The notes beneath the pieces are model-generated. The model had not been told where the DNA came from and did not search any database. It saw nothing but the letters and a program-made list of their open reading frames with translations. Below are positions 43,341-54,041 of a stretch of 64,000 bases of DNA, piece by piece. A program made the translations under genes and the position numbers. Every line of letters begins with the position of its first letter. Within the stretch, counting starts at the first letter, position 1. Where the stretch lies: positions 1 to 64,000 of the forward strand of contig CBDBIB010000003.1 in NCBI GenBank assembly GCA_965205945.1. Direction: 5' to 3'. The stretch comes from Bdellovibrionales bacterium (lineage in GTDB: Bacteria; Bdellovibrionota; Bdellovibrionia; Bdellovibrionales; UBA1609).

Positions 43341-44777
43341 TCACACCCCTGTTAAATTGTGGATTTTTCTGTTTAAGTCTTCGATATTTTTACGTATTTC
43401 TCCGTTTTCTTGCTGTTGAGTTTTTATTTTGCGCACGGCGTTAAGAACTGTTGTGTGATCTTTTCCACTAAAAATTTTTCCGATTTCAACTAAACTTAAA
43501 TCAAGGTGTTTTTTAAGCAGATACATTCCGACTTGACGCGCTATAAGAATCTGTTTTCTTCGGCTTTTTCCTTTTAAATCAGGAAGCTTAATACTGTAGT
43601 GTTGTGAAATTAATTTTAAAATATCATCTACAGTTACTGTGGACTTAGCATCATGGTGAGAAAGGACTTTTTTACAAAGATTTAAATCTACTTTAATATT
43701 TTGAAGCTCTGAAACCATTTTGATTTTTTTAAGGTTTCCTTCAAGCTCACGAATAGAGCGACGAGAAATTTTAGCAATATAATTAACAGTTTCAGCAGTT
43801 AAAGAAAGAGGCATTTTTTCAGCCTTATAATTAAGGATAGCCACGCGTGTTTCAATATCAGGCATTTGGATATCTGCGATTAGCCCCCATTCTAAACGTG
43901 TTCTTATGCGGTCTTCAAAGTCTTTAATATCCTTAGGCATTCGATCAGAGGCAACAACAACCTGTCTTCCTGATTCAAGGTATTCATTTAAAGTATGGAA
44001 GAACTCTTGTTGAATAACCTCACCTCGTCCAAGAATTTGAATATCATCCATTAATAAAACATCTGAGCGTTCTCGATATTTTTTTCTAAATTTGTGCATT
44101 TCTGAACGTCTTAAACAAGATACACAGTCATTAAGAAATTTTTCAGCAGAAACATAAGTGATAATTTTATCTGGATCTTTTTCTAAAATATGGTTTGCAA
44201 TAGCATTTATAAGGTGTGTTTTCCCCATCCCTGTAGGTCCGCAGATAAATAAGGGGTTATAATCACTACTTTTAGGGTTTTCAGCAATGTTATGACAAGC
44301 AGCATGTGCAAATTCATTATTACGACCAACAACAAAATTAGAAAAAGTGTAGTCTTTATTTAAAAGATCTGAAGATTGAGGAGTTTGTTTTGCTTGAAGA
44401 GTTAGAAAGTTTTTAGGAGTGTTATTAGTGTAAACATGTTTTTTTAGAATTGGATTTAAAGTTTGAGGGGAATCTAGAGTTAAATTCTTTTCTTTCTTAG
44501 AAAATAAGCTGCTTTCTAAATGATCAACATTTATCTCAACGCAAAAGGGTGAATGAAAAAGTTCTTTAATTGAAGAACGGATTTCTTTTAAAAAATGTTC
44601 TGATATCCAATATTTATGAAGCTCCGTTGGAACACTAAGGTTAAAACAGGTTCCAAATTCTTGTGATTCTTGAACATTAATAAGTTTAGTTGGTTTAAAC
44701 CATGTTTCTGCGTATTCATTACCTGCATGGCGTTTTTGAAGGTTTTTTTTAACATTATCCCATAAAGCTTTAGACAA
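43341..44777 (-). CDS. dnaA: Chromosomal replication initiator DnaA
   Basis: YTFSNFVVG, NPLFICGPTGMGKTHL, MDDIQ, IRELEG and KDHTTV. Confidence 0.98.
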   Translation of the reverse strand: MSKALWDNVKKNLQKRHAGNEYAETWFKPTKLINVQESQEFGTCFNLSVPTELHKYWISEHFLKEIRSSIKELFHSPFCVEINVDHLESSLFSKKEKNLTLDSPQTLNPILKKHVYTNNTPKNFLTLQAKQTPQSSDLLNKDYTFSNFVVGRNNEFAHAACHNIAENPKSSDYNPLFICGPTGMGKTHLINAIANHILEKDPDKIITYVSAEKFLNDCVSCLRRSEMHKFRKKYRERSDVLLMDDIQILGRGEVIQQEFFHTLNEYLESGRQVVVASDRMPKDIKDFEDRIRTRLEWGLIADIQMPDIETRVAILNYKAEKMPLSLTAETVNYIAKISRRSIRELEGNLKKIKMVSELQNIKVDLNLCKKVLSHHDAKSTVTVDDILKLISQHYSIKLPDLKGKSRRKQILIARQVGMYLLKKHLDLSLVEIGKIFSGKDHTTVLNAVRKIKTQQQENGEIRKNIEDLNRKIHNLTGV

Positions 44778-45038
44778 AATAAGATCCTCCTGTGACCGTA
44801 TAGATTGTATTTAATATAAGCCTTAGATGTTTTGCTCATAAATAAACATTAAAATGTGGGAAACTCTAATAATTCATGGTCAGCTTAGCAACAGGAATTA
44901 ATTAATGAGACAGTGCGTTTGTTTGTACAAGGTTTGTATACAATATTATAGAAAAGGATTTTTACAGATAGATCTTGACCTGTGACTATTAAATATGCTT
45001 TCATTCCCAGATTATCATCATAATTGATGGGAGGAATT

Positions 45039-45188
45039 GTGAAAAGGACGTATCAACCAAGTCGTATAAAAAGAAAAAGATCTCATGGATTTAGAAAAAG
45101 AATGGCTACTAAAGATGGGCAGGAAGTTTTACTACGTAGAAGATCTAAAGGCAGAAAGCGTTTAATCGTTGCTATAGGAGGCAAATAG
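45039..45188 (+). CDS. rpmH: 50S ribosomal protein L34 (not in the ORF track)
   Basis: GTG start after [47 protein letters not shown], 49 aa. Confidence 0.97.
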   Translation: MKRTYQPSRIKRKRSHGFRKRMATKDGQEVLLRRRSKGRKRLIVAIGGK

Positions 45189-45197
45189 TTTTTCTAG

Positions 45198-45569
45198 GTG
45201 TTTTTAAACAAGTTAAAAACTAAGGACTTTAAATCTTTAAGGAAAGACGGAAAAACCTTTAAAACATCAGATTTTCTTTTTGTATATAGTATAAAAGAGA
45301 ATACAGAGTGTGAGAACTCACTAAACGCAGGATTTACTATTACTAAAAAGGTTGGAAAAGCCTTTTTAAGAAATCGAATTCGACGTTTGTTAAGGGAAGC
45401 TTTACAGTTTTATGTGACAAAGGAAAAACTATCTTTTTTTGAAAAAAACTTAACAAAAGTTAAAGTTTATTTAAATGTTATTGTTCTTAAAAAACATTCT
45501 GAAAAATTTGTTTATTCAAATGTTTATAAGCAAATTCAAGATTTTTTTAATAATAGATTCTCTAATTAA
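45198..45569 (+). CDS. rnpA: Ribonuclease P protein component
   Basis: GFTITKKVGKAFLRNRIRR; follows rpmH. Confidence 0.9.
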   Translation: MFLNKLKTKDFKSLRKDGKTFKTSDFLFVYSIKENTECENSLNAGFTITKKVGKAFLRNRIRRLLREALQFYVTKEKLSFFEKNLTKVKVYLNVIVLKKHSEKFVYSNVYKQIQDFFNNRFSN

Positions 45570-45804
45570 GAAATTTTTCTTAATTTTTATATATACATAT
45601 AGATATTTTTTAAAGCCGTTATTTGGTAATAAAGCTTTATGTAGGTTCTCTCCATCTTGTTCAGAGTATGCCATACAGTCGTTTAAAAGTTTTTCTACAG
45701 TTAAGGCACTAAAACTCACTGTATTAAGGCTGCTTAAATGTCATCCTTTTGGATCTTATGGGTATGACCCCATACCACCAAAGTCTATGGAGAAAATACT
45801 ATGA
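45520..45804 (+). CDS. yidD: Membrane protein insertion efficiency factor YidD (start uncertain)
   Basis: CRFSPSCSEY and RLLKCHPF..GYDP. Confidence 0.88.
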   Translation: MFISKFKIFLIIDSLIKKFFLIFIYTYRYFLKPLFGNKALCRFSPSCSEYAIQSFKSFSTVKALKLTVLRLLKCHPFGSYGYDPIPPKSMEKIL

Positions 45805-47363
45805 ATAATTATAAAAGATCATTTTTAGACTCAAATACGATTCTTGCAATAGTGTTAACGTTTATTATTTTTCTTGGCTGGCAAAAATATATGGAGAGCA
45901 AATACCCTAAAGCATCAAAAAAAGTTGGCACTCAAAAAGTAGTAGAGAAAAAGGATCCTTTAAAATCAGACTTACTAAAGATTTTTCCTAAAGAAGAAGG
46001 GGGCGTTGAAACACCACAGGTAGAACAAAAACAAATCTTTTTTGAAGACGAAAATTGGTCTTTTATTATTAATTCTAAAGGAATGTCGGTAGATAAGGTT
46101 ATAATTAAAAATATAAATAAAGTTGCTAAAAAACCCTATGCTTTTAAAAATATAAAACATTTTTATCAAACTGTATTAGATGAAAAGGTTTTAGATTTTG
46201 ATCTTAAAAGAGTGAGTAATAATAAGTTTATGGGGGTAGCACTATATAAAGGCCAAAAAATTCATAAAACAATGATTGTTGATTCCATTAATTTTACATT
46301 TGATGTTAAAATTTATTTTAAAGGGAGAAGACCCTCTAAATTTCTTATAAAACAATTAATAACATCTAATATTCAAGAGCCTAAAAATAAGGTGTTTTTT
46401 CTTCCGGCCTTTGAACGAAGTGAATTTTTTGTAACAGGTGAAAAAGATGAAGAACGTAAGGTTTTAACAACTGAGGCGATATCAGTAGAACCTGAACTTT
46501 ACCCATTTTCTTTAATTGTTTCAGTTGGGGACGAGTATTTTACAGCAGCGCTTTTAAATAAAGGTAAAATCTTACCCACAGTTATTTTTAATCAAAAAAG
46601 AGCCAGATTAGATGTGGCTGCAGTGTATGAGTTTACAGATTTGGTAAATATTAACGAGATTGAATACAAACTTTTTATTGGGCCTAAAAACGTAAAAATC
46701 CTTACTAATGTATCTCCTGATCTTGTTGGTGTGATTAATTTTATGTATTTAGGGTTTCTTGCAAAACCAATTCTTAAAGGCTTAGATATCTTATATGGTA
46801 TTTTAGGAAATTACGGTTGGGCTGTTGTGGTTTTAACCTTGTTAATAAGATTGCTGATTATGCCGTTAACGACTTCATCGTTAAAATCTATGAAAAGAAT
46901 GCAGGTTATTCAACCTGAATTAAAACAGATTAAAGAAAAGTATAAAAAACAACCTCAAATGATTAATCAAAAAACAATGGAAATAATGAAAAAGCATAAA
47001 GTAAACCCATTGGGCGGGTGTTTACCAATGCTTCTTCAAATGCCAATATTTTTTGCTTTTTATAGAGGCTTAAGTGAAAGTGTGGATTTGTATCAAGCAC
47101 CATTTTTTGGTTGGATCACGGATTTAAGTAAGATGGATCCATATTTTATTTTTCCTATTCTTTCTATGGTTGGGATGGTGGTCCATCAGATAGTGACACC
47201 GTCAAACATGGATAAAGTACAAAAAAGGATGATGCTATTTATGCCTATAGTTTTTGGAATATTTTTTATAACTCTACCAAGTGCGCTTACTATTTATATG
47301 GCTATTAGTTCTTGGTTTGGGGCTTTACAACACATATTTTTTATAAAAGAGAAGAAAACGTAG
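45801..47363 (+). CDS. yidC: Membrane protein insertase YidC
   Basis: GNYGWAVVVLT, NPLGGCLPMLLQMPIFFAFY and WITDLS. Confidence 0.96.
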   Translation: MNNYKRSFLDSNTILAIVLTFIIFLGWQKYMESKYPKASKKVGTQKVVEKKDPLKSDLLKIFPKEEGGVETPQVEQKQIFFEDENWSFIINSKGMSVDKVIIKNINKVAKKPYAFKNIKHFYQTVLDEKVLDFDLKRVSNNKFMGVALYKGQKIHKTMIVDSINFTFDVKIYFKGRRPSKFLIKQLITSNIQEPKNKVFFLPAFERSEFFVTGEKDEERKVLTTEAISVEPELYPFSLIVSVGDEYFTAALLNKGKILPTVIFNQKRARLDVAAVYEFTDLVNINEIEYKLFIGPKNVKILTNVSPDLVGVINFMYLGFLAKPILKGLDILYGILGNYGWAVVVLTLLIRLLIMPLTTSSLKSMKRMQVIQPELKQIKEKYKKQPQMINQKTMEIMKKHKVNPLGGCLPMLLQMPIFFAFYRGLSESVDLYQAPFFGWITDLSKMDPYFIFPILSMVGMVVHQIVTPSNMDKVQKRMMLFMPIVFGIFFITLPSALTIYMAISSWFGALQHIFFIKEKKT

Positions 47364-47385
47364 GAAGAAGGAGAAATTATAAATT

Positions 47386-47934
47386 ATGGGGTTTTTAGGT
47401 AAATTATTTAGTGGTAAGAAAAAGAACAAAATTGAAGCTGAATTAGAAACAGTTTTACAACAAGTATTAGATAAAGGAGGTTTTTTATTATCTTTTGATA
47501 TGAAAATATCCCCTAATGGAGAGGAGATACTTTTTGATCTTTATGGTGAAGATCAAGAAATTATGAAGGCAAAAGAAGGAATACTGTTAGATTCTTTACA
47601 ATTGCTTTTAAGAAGAGTTATGCAAAACAAGTTTTCTAAAGAGAGAAAATCTATCATTGTAGATTGTGATTTTTTTCGTGAAGAGGCAGATCAATCATTG
47701 ATTAAACTTGCAGATAAATTAAAGGGTATTTGTCTGAAAAAGAAAAAACCTATTTACTTTAGATCTTTTCCACCAAGAGAGCGTAAGATTATACATCAAT
47801 ATCTTTCAGAAGATAAAGCTGTAAAAAGCAGATCTATAGGAGATGGGTTGTATAAGAAGATTAAAATCTTTCCTATTGAAATCAAGTTTGATAAGAAAAA
47901 GCCAAACAACAAAGTAAGTGAAGACAATGTCTAA
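47386..47934 (+). CDS. jag: Jag/KhpB-like KH-R3H RNA-binding protein
   Basis: LDSLQLL KH-like segment and PRERKIIH R3H motif; between yidC and mnmE. Confidence 0.8.
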   Translation: MGFLGKLFSGKKKNKIEAELETVLQQVLDKGGFLLSFDMKISPNGEEILFDLYGEDQEIMKAKEGILLDSLQLLLRRVMQNKFSKERKSIIVDCDFFREEADQSLIKLADKLKGICLKKKKPIYFRSFPPRERKIIHQYLSEDKAVKSRSIGDGLYKKIKIFPIEIKFDKKKPNNKVSEDNV

Positions 47935-47959
47935 CAAGTTTTAATTTAAGATTATTATA

Positions 47960-49312
47960 ATGTCTGTTAAAATAAAACCATATTTTCAAGATATTATTTG
48001 TGCTCAAGCTACACCTTCTGGTGTGGGAGCTATTTCTCTTATAAGAATAAGTGGTAAAGGGTCTAAAAAAATCTTAAAAAATTTAATTCAAATAAATAAC
48101 TTAGAGTCGCATAAAGTATATTACCATAAAATCTTTAATAAAGATAAATTTATTGATGAAGTTTTAATTACATTTTTTGAAAATGAACAAAGTTTTACAG
48201 GTGAGGAGTCCTTTGAAATTACATGTCATGGAAGTCCGTTAATAGTTTCTGATCTTATAGGAGTTTTAATAGAAAGGGGAGCTCGTCTTGCAGAACCTGG
48301 TGAATTTAGTTACCGTTCATATTTAAATGGACGAATAGATCTTACAAAAGCAGAAGGTATCCATAATGCTATTCATGCTAAAACAGATATAGCTAAGGAA
48401 ATGTCATTAAATTTATTAGAAGGTGGCTTTAAGAAAGATCTTCTTAAAATAAGGGATCTTATAGTTTGGGCTGCATCTAGAGTTGAAGCCTCCATAGATT
48501 TTTCAGATCAAGATATAGATTTAAATCATGATAAGAAAGTTTTTAAGAAAATTAGTAAAGCAAAAGATATTTTGTTTGATTTATTAGAAAGTTATTCATT
48601 AGGAGTGATTCAATCAAAGGGTATTTCTATTGTATTATGTGGTCCACCAAATGCTGGAAAATCTACTCTTTTTAATGCCTTATTAGGTGAAGAAAGAAGT
48701 ATTGTTTCTAAGGAGAAAGGAACAACACGAGATTATATTACAGAGACGATTAGTTTAGGAAAAAATCCCATTCAACTAGTAGATACAGCAGGCCTTAGAA
48801 AAACATCTAGTCTTATTGAATCAACAGGAATTAAAAAAAGTATTCAAATTGCATCAAAAGCGCAGCTTATTTTATTTTTAATTAGTAAGGATTCTTTAAG
48901 TTTTGATAAAGAGTACTTAGTACGATTAAAAAAACTTAAAGCCCCTTTAATTGTGGTTAAAACAAAGCAGGATTTAGGTGATTGGGCTTTTAATCACCAA
49001 GGCTTAGAGACTGTAAAATTCTCAGCTAATAGTGAGCAAGATATATTAATGCTTAAAGAGTTAATGTTTGAAAGGTTAAAGCACTATTTTAAAATAAATA
49101 AGAATCTTTTTATTAAGCGACATAGAGTTTTAATTAAGGATACTTATAAGGTTTTAGAAAAAATTTTTGATTTTAATGAACTTTCTGGTGTAGAGGATAT
49201 TGTTTCTTCATTATTATATTCTTCTTTAGATAGTCTTGATGAGATATTGTATATTAATGATCCAGAAGTTGTTAGAGATCAGATATTTAAAGATTTTTGT
49301 TTAGGTAAATAA
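47960..49312 (+). CDS. mnmE: tRNA modification GTPase MnmE
   Basis: SFTGE, GPPNAGKSTL, GTTRD, DTAG and C-terminal FCLGK. Confidence 0.96.
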   Translation: MSVKIKPYFQDIICAQATPSGVGAISLIRISGKGSKKILKNLIQINNLESHKVYYHKIFNKDKFIDEVLITFFENEQSFTGEESFEITCHGSPLIVSDLIGVLIERGARLAEPGEFSYRSYLNGRIDLTKAEGIHNAIHAKTDIAKEMSLNLLEGGFKKDLLKIRDLIVWAASRVEASIDFSDQDIDLNHDKKVFKKISKAKDILFDLLESYSLGVIQSKGISIVLCGPPNAGKSTLFNALLGEERSIVSKEKGTTRDYITETISLGKNPIQLVDTAGLRKTSSLIESTGIKKSIQIASKAQLILFLISKDSLSFDKEYLVRLKKLKAPLIVVKTKQDLGDWAFNHQGLETVKFSANSEQDILMLKELMFERLKHYFKINKNLFIKRHRVLIKDTYKVLEKIFDFNELSGVEDIVSSLLYSSLDSLDEILYINDPEVVRDQIFKDFCLGK

Positions 49313-49323
49313 AGTGAGTAAAA

Positions 49324-51180
49324 GTGTTAGAGGTTAATTATGATATTATAGTTGTAGGTGCTGGTCATGCTGGTATTGAGGCAGCGCTTATTTCTCATAA
49401 ATTAGGATCAAAAACCCTTCTTATTACAAGTGATATTACTAAGGCCGGTGTTATGAGTTGTAACCCTTCCATTGGTGGATTGGGTAAGGGGCATATCATA
49501 AAAGAATTAGATGTATTGGGTGGGGTTATGGGGAAAATTACTGATAAGGCTGCTATTCAGTATAAAAAATTAAATATTCGAAAAGGTCCTGCTGTAAGGG
49601 GTTCTAGGGCTCAGTGTGATAAATGGATTTATGCAGAAAATGCACAAGTATTACTAAAGCAAAAGCTTGGTAGGAACTTTATTCAAGGTGATGTTTTAAG
49701 GCTTATGATTAAAAATTCTAAAGTTACAGGTGTTGTTCTAGCTAATGGAGTTCAGATAAAATCTAGGATTGTGATTGTTACAGCAGGTACTTTTATGAAG
49801 GGTGTTCTTTATATTGGAAATAAAAGAGTAGAGGGGGGTAGATTTGGTGAAAAGCCATCAATTGGATTATCCGATCAGTTTAAAGATCTTGGAGTTCGTG
49901 TTTTTAGGCTTAAAACTGGAACACCTCCTAGACTTTTAAAATCTTCAATAAACTGGTCAGTTCTAGATTCAGAAAAAGGTGATGATATTTATGAAAATTT
50001 TCATTTTATGAACAAAACAGGTTTTGTTAATGAGCGAGTTTCTTGTGGGATAAGTTATACGAATGAGAAGACTCATGATATTATTAGAAAAAACTTAGAT
50101 CAGTCGCCATTATTTACAGGTCTTATGAAAGGTGTTGGACCCCGCTACTGTCCTAGTGTTGAGGACAAGGTGATACGATTTGCAGATAAGAATAGGCATC
50201 AAACATTTTTAGAACCAGAGGGTTTAAATTCAAATTCAATTTATTTACAAGGTATTTCTACTTCTTTACCCGAGAAAGTTCAGCTTAGATTTCTTCAAAC
50301 GATTAAAGGATTAAAAAACGTTGAAATGATTAGGCCTGGGTATGCTGTGGAGTACGATTTTATCGAGCCTACTCAGTTAAACTATAGTTTAGAGGCTAAG
50401 TTTTTAGAGGGTTTATTTTTAGCAGGTCAGGTTAATGGAACAAGTGGTTATGAAGAGGCGGCCTGTCAGGGGCTATTAGCGGGTATTAACGCTCACTTAA
50501 AGCTAGTAAATAAAGAACCCCTTATTCTATCAAGGCATGTGGCTTATATAGGTGTTTTAATTGATGATTTGATTTTAAAAGGAACTAAAGAGCCATATAG
50601 AATGCTTACTTCTCGAGCAGAATATAGGCTTTTATTAAGAGAAGATAATGCTTTTGAAAGGTTATTTGAAATTTCTAAGGAATTTAGTTTACTTTCTTTA
50701 CAAGAGGAAAGGTATATTAAGGGGGTTTTATCTCTTAGAAGCAGAGTTGCTCAGCAATTAAACACTATAAAATTGTCTCCAACTTTAAAAACTAATGCAA
50801 TACTTGCAGGGCTTTTTTCTAAGCCTCTTAAAAAGCAAATAACAATGTCTACTCTTCTTAAGAGGCCAGAGGTTGAAATCAGTGATTTATTACAATTTGG
50901 ACTTATGGATGAAGATTATAGTAAAATTTTATATCCAGTAGAGGTTTCTTCTAAATATGAGGGTTATATTAACAATGAACTTAAAAGAATTAAGAAAACT
51001 CAGAGGCTTGAAGCTTTAAAGATTCCTAAAAACTTTAATTATGAACAGCTTGCAGGTTTAAGCAAAGAAGAAATTGAAAAACTAACTACCATAGCCCCTG
51101 TAAATTTAGCACAAGCAAAGCAAATTAGTGGAGTTAATCCATCTGCAATACAGTATATCGCTATTCACCTATCTAAATGA
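49324..51180 (+). CDS. mnmG: tRNA uridine modification enzyme MnmG (GidA)
   Basis: VVGAGHAGIEAA, MSCNPSIGG, GPRYCPSVEDK and GQVNGTSGYEEA. Confidence 0.97.
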   Translation: MLEVNYDIIVVGAGHAGIEAALISHKLGSKTLLITSDITKAGVMSCNPSIGGLGKGHIIKELDVLGGVMGKITDKAAIQYKKLNIRKGPAVRGSRAQCDKWIYAENAQVLLKQKLGRNFIQGDVLRLMIKNSKVTGVVLANGVQIKSRIVIVTAGTFMKGVLYIGNKRVEGGRFGEKPSIGLSDQFKDLGVRVFRLKTGTPPRLLKSSINWSVLDSEKGDDIYENFHFMNKTGFVNERVSCGISYTNEKTHDIIRKNLDQSPLFTGLMKGVGPRYCPSVEDKVIRFADKNRHQTFLEPEGLNSNSIYLQGISTSLPEKVQLRFLQTIKGLKNVEMIRPGYAVEYDFIEPTQLNYSLEAKFLEGLFLAGQVNGTSGYEEAACQGLLAGINAHLKLVNKEPLILSRHVAYIGVLIDDLILKGTKEPYRMLTSRAEYRLLLREDNAFERLFEISKEFSLLSLQEERYIKGVLSLRSRVAQQLNTIKLSPTLKTNAILAGLFSKPLKKQITMSTLLKRPEVEISDLLQFGLMDEDYSKILYPVEVSSKYEGYINNELKRIKKTQRLEALKIPKNFNYEQLAGLSKEEIEKLTTIAPVNLAQAKQISGVNPSAIQYIAIHLSK

Positions 51181-51773
51181 TGACTACTAAGAATATCTTG
51201 ATTACTCGAATATCTGAACTAAACCTTTTTCCAGAACAGGCAGAACTTATTGTTAATTATGTAGAATTTCTTTTAAAAGTGAATAAAAAAATAAGTTTAA
51301 CTAGTATTACAAATTTTCAAACATGGTTTGTATCTCATATTGAAGATTCGGTAAAAGCTTATAGGGTATTTAGAGGGTTTAAAGCAAAATATTTTATAGA
51401 CTCAGGAAGCGGGAATGGTCTTCCAGGGGTTATTTTTGCTATTTTATCAGGAGTACCGTTTACTTTATGTGATGTGGATGCAAGAAAATGTGAATTTTTA
51501 AGAACAATCTGCTATAGATTGGGCTTATCTGGTGAAGTTTATTGTGGGCCTATAAAAGATTTAGTAGGGGAGTTTAAAGAAAGGTTGTATTTTATTTATA
51601 GGGGGCTTGGACCTGAGGAGCTTTTAGTAAATCAGTATAGATTAGCGCCTAGTGCAGGGCATTTTAGGTTTATTAGTGAGAATCAAAGGCGGTTATTTAA
51701 GGGTTCTTTGGTAAAAAAATACGAATTGTCGGATAAAAGTCTTCGGTTTTTAGAGATTTCTCCTATAGAGTAA
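51177..51773 (+). CDS. rsmG: 16S rRNA m7G527 methyltransferase RsmG (GidB)
   Basis: HIEDS and DSGSGNGLPG; follows mnmG. Confidence 0.85.
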   Translation: MMTTKNILITRISELNLFPEQAELIVNYVEFLLKVNKKISLTSITNFQTWFVSHIEDSVKAYRVFRGFKAKYFIDSGSGNGLPGVIFAILSGVPFTLCDVDARKCEFLRTICYRLGLSGEVYCGPIKDLVGEFKERLYFIYRGLGPEELLVNQYRLAPSAGHFRFISENQRRLFKGSLVKKYELSDKSLRFLEISPIE

Positions 51774-51783
51774 CGCAACATAT

Positions 51784-51834
51784 TGTTCCACATGGAACAA
51801 TACATCTTGCTTTTTAAGTGTTCCATGTGGAACA
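51784..51834. promoter_or_regulatory. Two parS centromere sites
   Basis: TGTTCCACATGGAACA (51784-51799) and TGTTCCATGTGGAACA (51819-51834), matching the TGTTNCACGTGAAACA-type consensus, just upstream of parA. Confidence 0.88.
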
Positions 51835-51854
51835 ATATTTATGTTGGAGGATGT

Positions 51855-52661
51855 ATGAGTCAAGTTATCTGCCTAGCAAATCAAAAAGGTGGGGTGGGAA
51901 AAACGACCACCTCGATTAATTTATCCGCAGCCCTTGCTGAACTTGGACGAAAGGTTTTATTGCTTGATATGGACCCTCAGGGCAATGCCTCTAGTGGTTT
52001 AGGAATTAAAAGACACCAACAACAAGATAAAAATTTATATAGTTTACTTCTTGGAGAAGAAAAAATAAAAGATGTTATATTTAAAACTAATCATAAAGAA
52101 CTAGATATTATCCCCGCTAATCCTGATTTAGTTGGAGCTGAAATTGAACTAATAGACGTTCCAAACAGAGAGTATATTTTAAAAGAAGCCTTAGAAGAAA
52201 TTAAAAGCGAATATAATTATATATTTATTGACTGCCCACCATCACTAGGGCTTTTAACTGTCAACGCATTAACAGCCTCTAATAGTTTTATAGTTCCCTT
52301 ACAGTGTGAATATTTTGCCCTTGAAGGACTTAGTCAACTTTTAAATACAGCAGGACTTTTAAAAAAGAGATTAAATCCATCACTAAGAATAGTAGGCATT
52401 ATATTAACAATGTTTGATATAAGAAATAACTTATCACACCAAGTTGTAGATGAGATTCGATCTCATTTTAAAAATAAAGTTTTTAATACAACTATTCCAA
52501 GAAATGTAAGATTAAGTGAGGCACCGTCTTATGGACAATCAGTTATTGAGTATGACATGCGTTCAATTGGTGCTAGAAAGTATATCGAACTTGCTAGAGA
52601 GTTAGATAGTCGTATTTATCCAGGGGTAGAGAAAACTTTACAGCAAGAGGCCCAATTATAA
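51855..52661 (+). CDS. parA: Chromosome partitioning ATPase ParA/Soj
   Basis: NQKGGVGKTT, DMDPQGNA, DCPPSLG and PRNVRLSEAPSYG; GGAGG SD before ATG 51855. Confidence 0.96.
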   Translation: MSQVICLANQKGGVGKTTTSINLSAALAELGRKVLLLDMDPQGNASSGLGIKRHQQQDKNLYSLLLGEEKIKDVIFKTNHKELDIIPANPDLVGAEIELIDVPNREYILKEALEEIKSEYNYIFIDCPPSLGLLTVNALTASNSFIVPLQCEYFALEGLSQLLNTAGLLKKRLNPSLRIVGIILTMFDIRNNLSHQVVDEIRSHFKNKVFNTTIPRNVRLSEAPSYGQSVIEYDMRSIGARKYIELARELDSRIYPGVEKTLQQEAQL

Positions 52662-53578
52662 TGGAAAAAATAAAATCGTTAAAGAAAAAAAGATTAGGCC
52701 GTGGTTTAAAAAAACTTTTAAAAGTTTCAGAGGAAGAAGAAAAAACATTAAAATCCTTATCAAAGGTGGAATTAAAATCACCTACTCAATTTGCTGATCC
52801 TACAAAAATAATTCACATGGTTCCAATAGAAAATATTAAGCCTAATCAAGAACAACCCAGGAAAGTTTTTAAAGAATCAGCATTAAAAGATCTTACAAAT
52901 TCAATTCGTGAACAGGGCATTATGCAGCCCATAGTAGCTATTCAAATAGATGAAAATAAATTTGAAATTATAGCAGGAGAGAGAAGATGGAGATCGGCTC
53001 AAAGGTGCGGCCTTAAAAAGGTTCCGGTTATTCTTAAAAAAGTTAACAGTCAGAATAAATTAGAGCTTGCTATTATAGAGAATATCCAAAGAGACAATCT
53101 AAATCCCATTGAGGAAGGTGAGGCGTACTCACTATTAATGAAAAAATATAATCTTACTCAAAAAGAAATTGCTCAAAAAGTTGGGAAAGATAGAGTGACT
53201 ATTGCAAACTTAATTAGAATCACAGGACTGGCTGATAAAGTTAAGGAAAAAGTAATTACTTTTAAAATTAGTTTAGGCCATGCAAAAGTTTTATTGGCCG
53301 TTGGGGATAAGGCTGTTCAAATAAAATTAACTGAGAAAATTCAAAGATTAAACCTATCTGTAAGAGCAACAGAGTCCTTAGTGAAAAATGTACTGAATCC
53401 AGATTCTTATAAAAAAGAGCCCAAAGAGATCAATGAATTTAAAGATGTAGAAGATCGATTAAAAAGAGCTTTTGGAACTAAATTAAAAATTTATAAAAAA
53501 AATGATAAAGGTAGGATTCAACTTAGTTTTAATAGTATGGAACAGTTTAATGATTTAATAGATAAACTATTAAGGTGA
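52661..53578 (+). CDS. parB: Chromosome partitioning protein ParB
   Basis: LGRGL, QPRKVF, IIAGERRWR and ENIQRDNLNPIEE. Confidence 0.96.
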   Translation: MEKIKSLKKKRLGRGLKKLLKVSEEEEKTLKSLSKVELKSPTQFADPTKIIHMVPIENIKPNQEQPRKVFKESALKDLTNSIREQGIMQPIVAIQIDENKFEIIAGERRWRSAQRCGLKKVPVILKKVNSQNKLELAIIENIQRDNLNPIEEGEAYSLLMKKYNLTQKEIAQKVGKDRVTIANLIRITGLADKVKEKVITFKISLGHAKVLLAVGDKAVQIKLTEKIQRLNLSVRATESLVKNVLNPDSYKKEPKEINEFKDVEDRLKRAFGTKLKIYKKNDKGRIQLSFNSMEQFNDLIDKLLR

Positions 53579-53589
53579 TAATATAAGTA

Positions 53590-53934
53590 ATGGATTCAAT
53601 AATTTCTAATAAAGTAACAGGATTGCTACAAAAAGGAACATCTTTTGAGGGGAAACTATCTTTTGAGGGTGCTGTGCGTATTGGAGGCAATTTTAAAGGT
53701 GAGATTTTTACAAGAGACACGTTGATAATAGATGAATCTGCAGATATAGAGGCCAATATAGAAGCAGGGAAAGTTATTATTGCAGGTAAAGTGCGTGGGA
53801 ATATCTATGCTACTAAAATAGTTAAAATGAAGGCTCCAACAAAATTTAAAGGAACGGTTACCACAGCAACTCTTTCCATAGATGATGGCGTTATTTTTGA
53901 AGGAGCCACATACATGCCTAAAAATGAGAATTGA
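53590..53934 (+). CDS. Bactofilin (polymer-forming cytoskeletal protein)
   Basis: FEGKLSFEGAVRIGG..G.VRGNI..LSIDDGVIFEG beta-helix pattern. Confidence 0.9.
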   Translation: MDSIISNKVTGLLQKGTSFEGKLSFEGAVRIGGNFKGEIFTRDTLIIDESADIEANIEAGKVIIAGKVRGNIYATKIVKMKAPTKFKGTVTTATLSIDDGVIFEGATYMPKNEN

Positions 53935-54041
53935 CCCATAAAGAGCAGGGTGTTAATTCCAGAGAGTATTAGAGTTTACTTGTGCATCATTATTTTAAAA
54001 GCAAAAGTTACTCTAGTTTTTATAAAGTATAGATTTAAAAG

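Noticed and set aside
51783..51854. N-terminal extension of ParA (MFHMEQ...)
   Set aside because: It is translation through the parS palindromes; SD and homology support ATG 51855.
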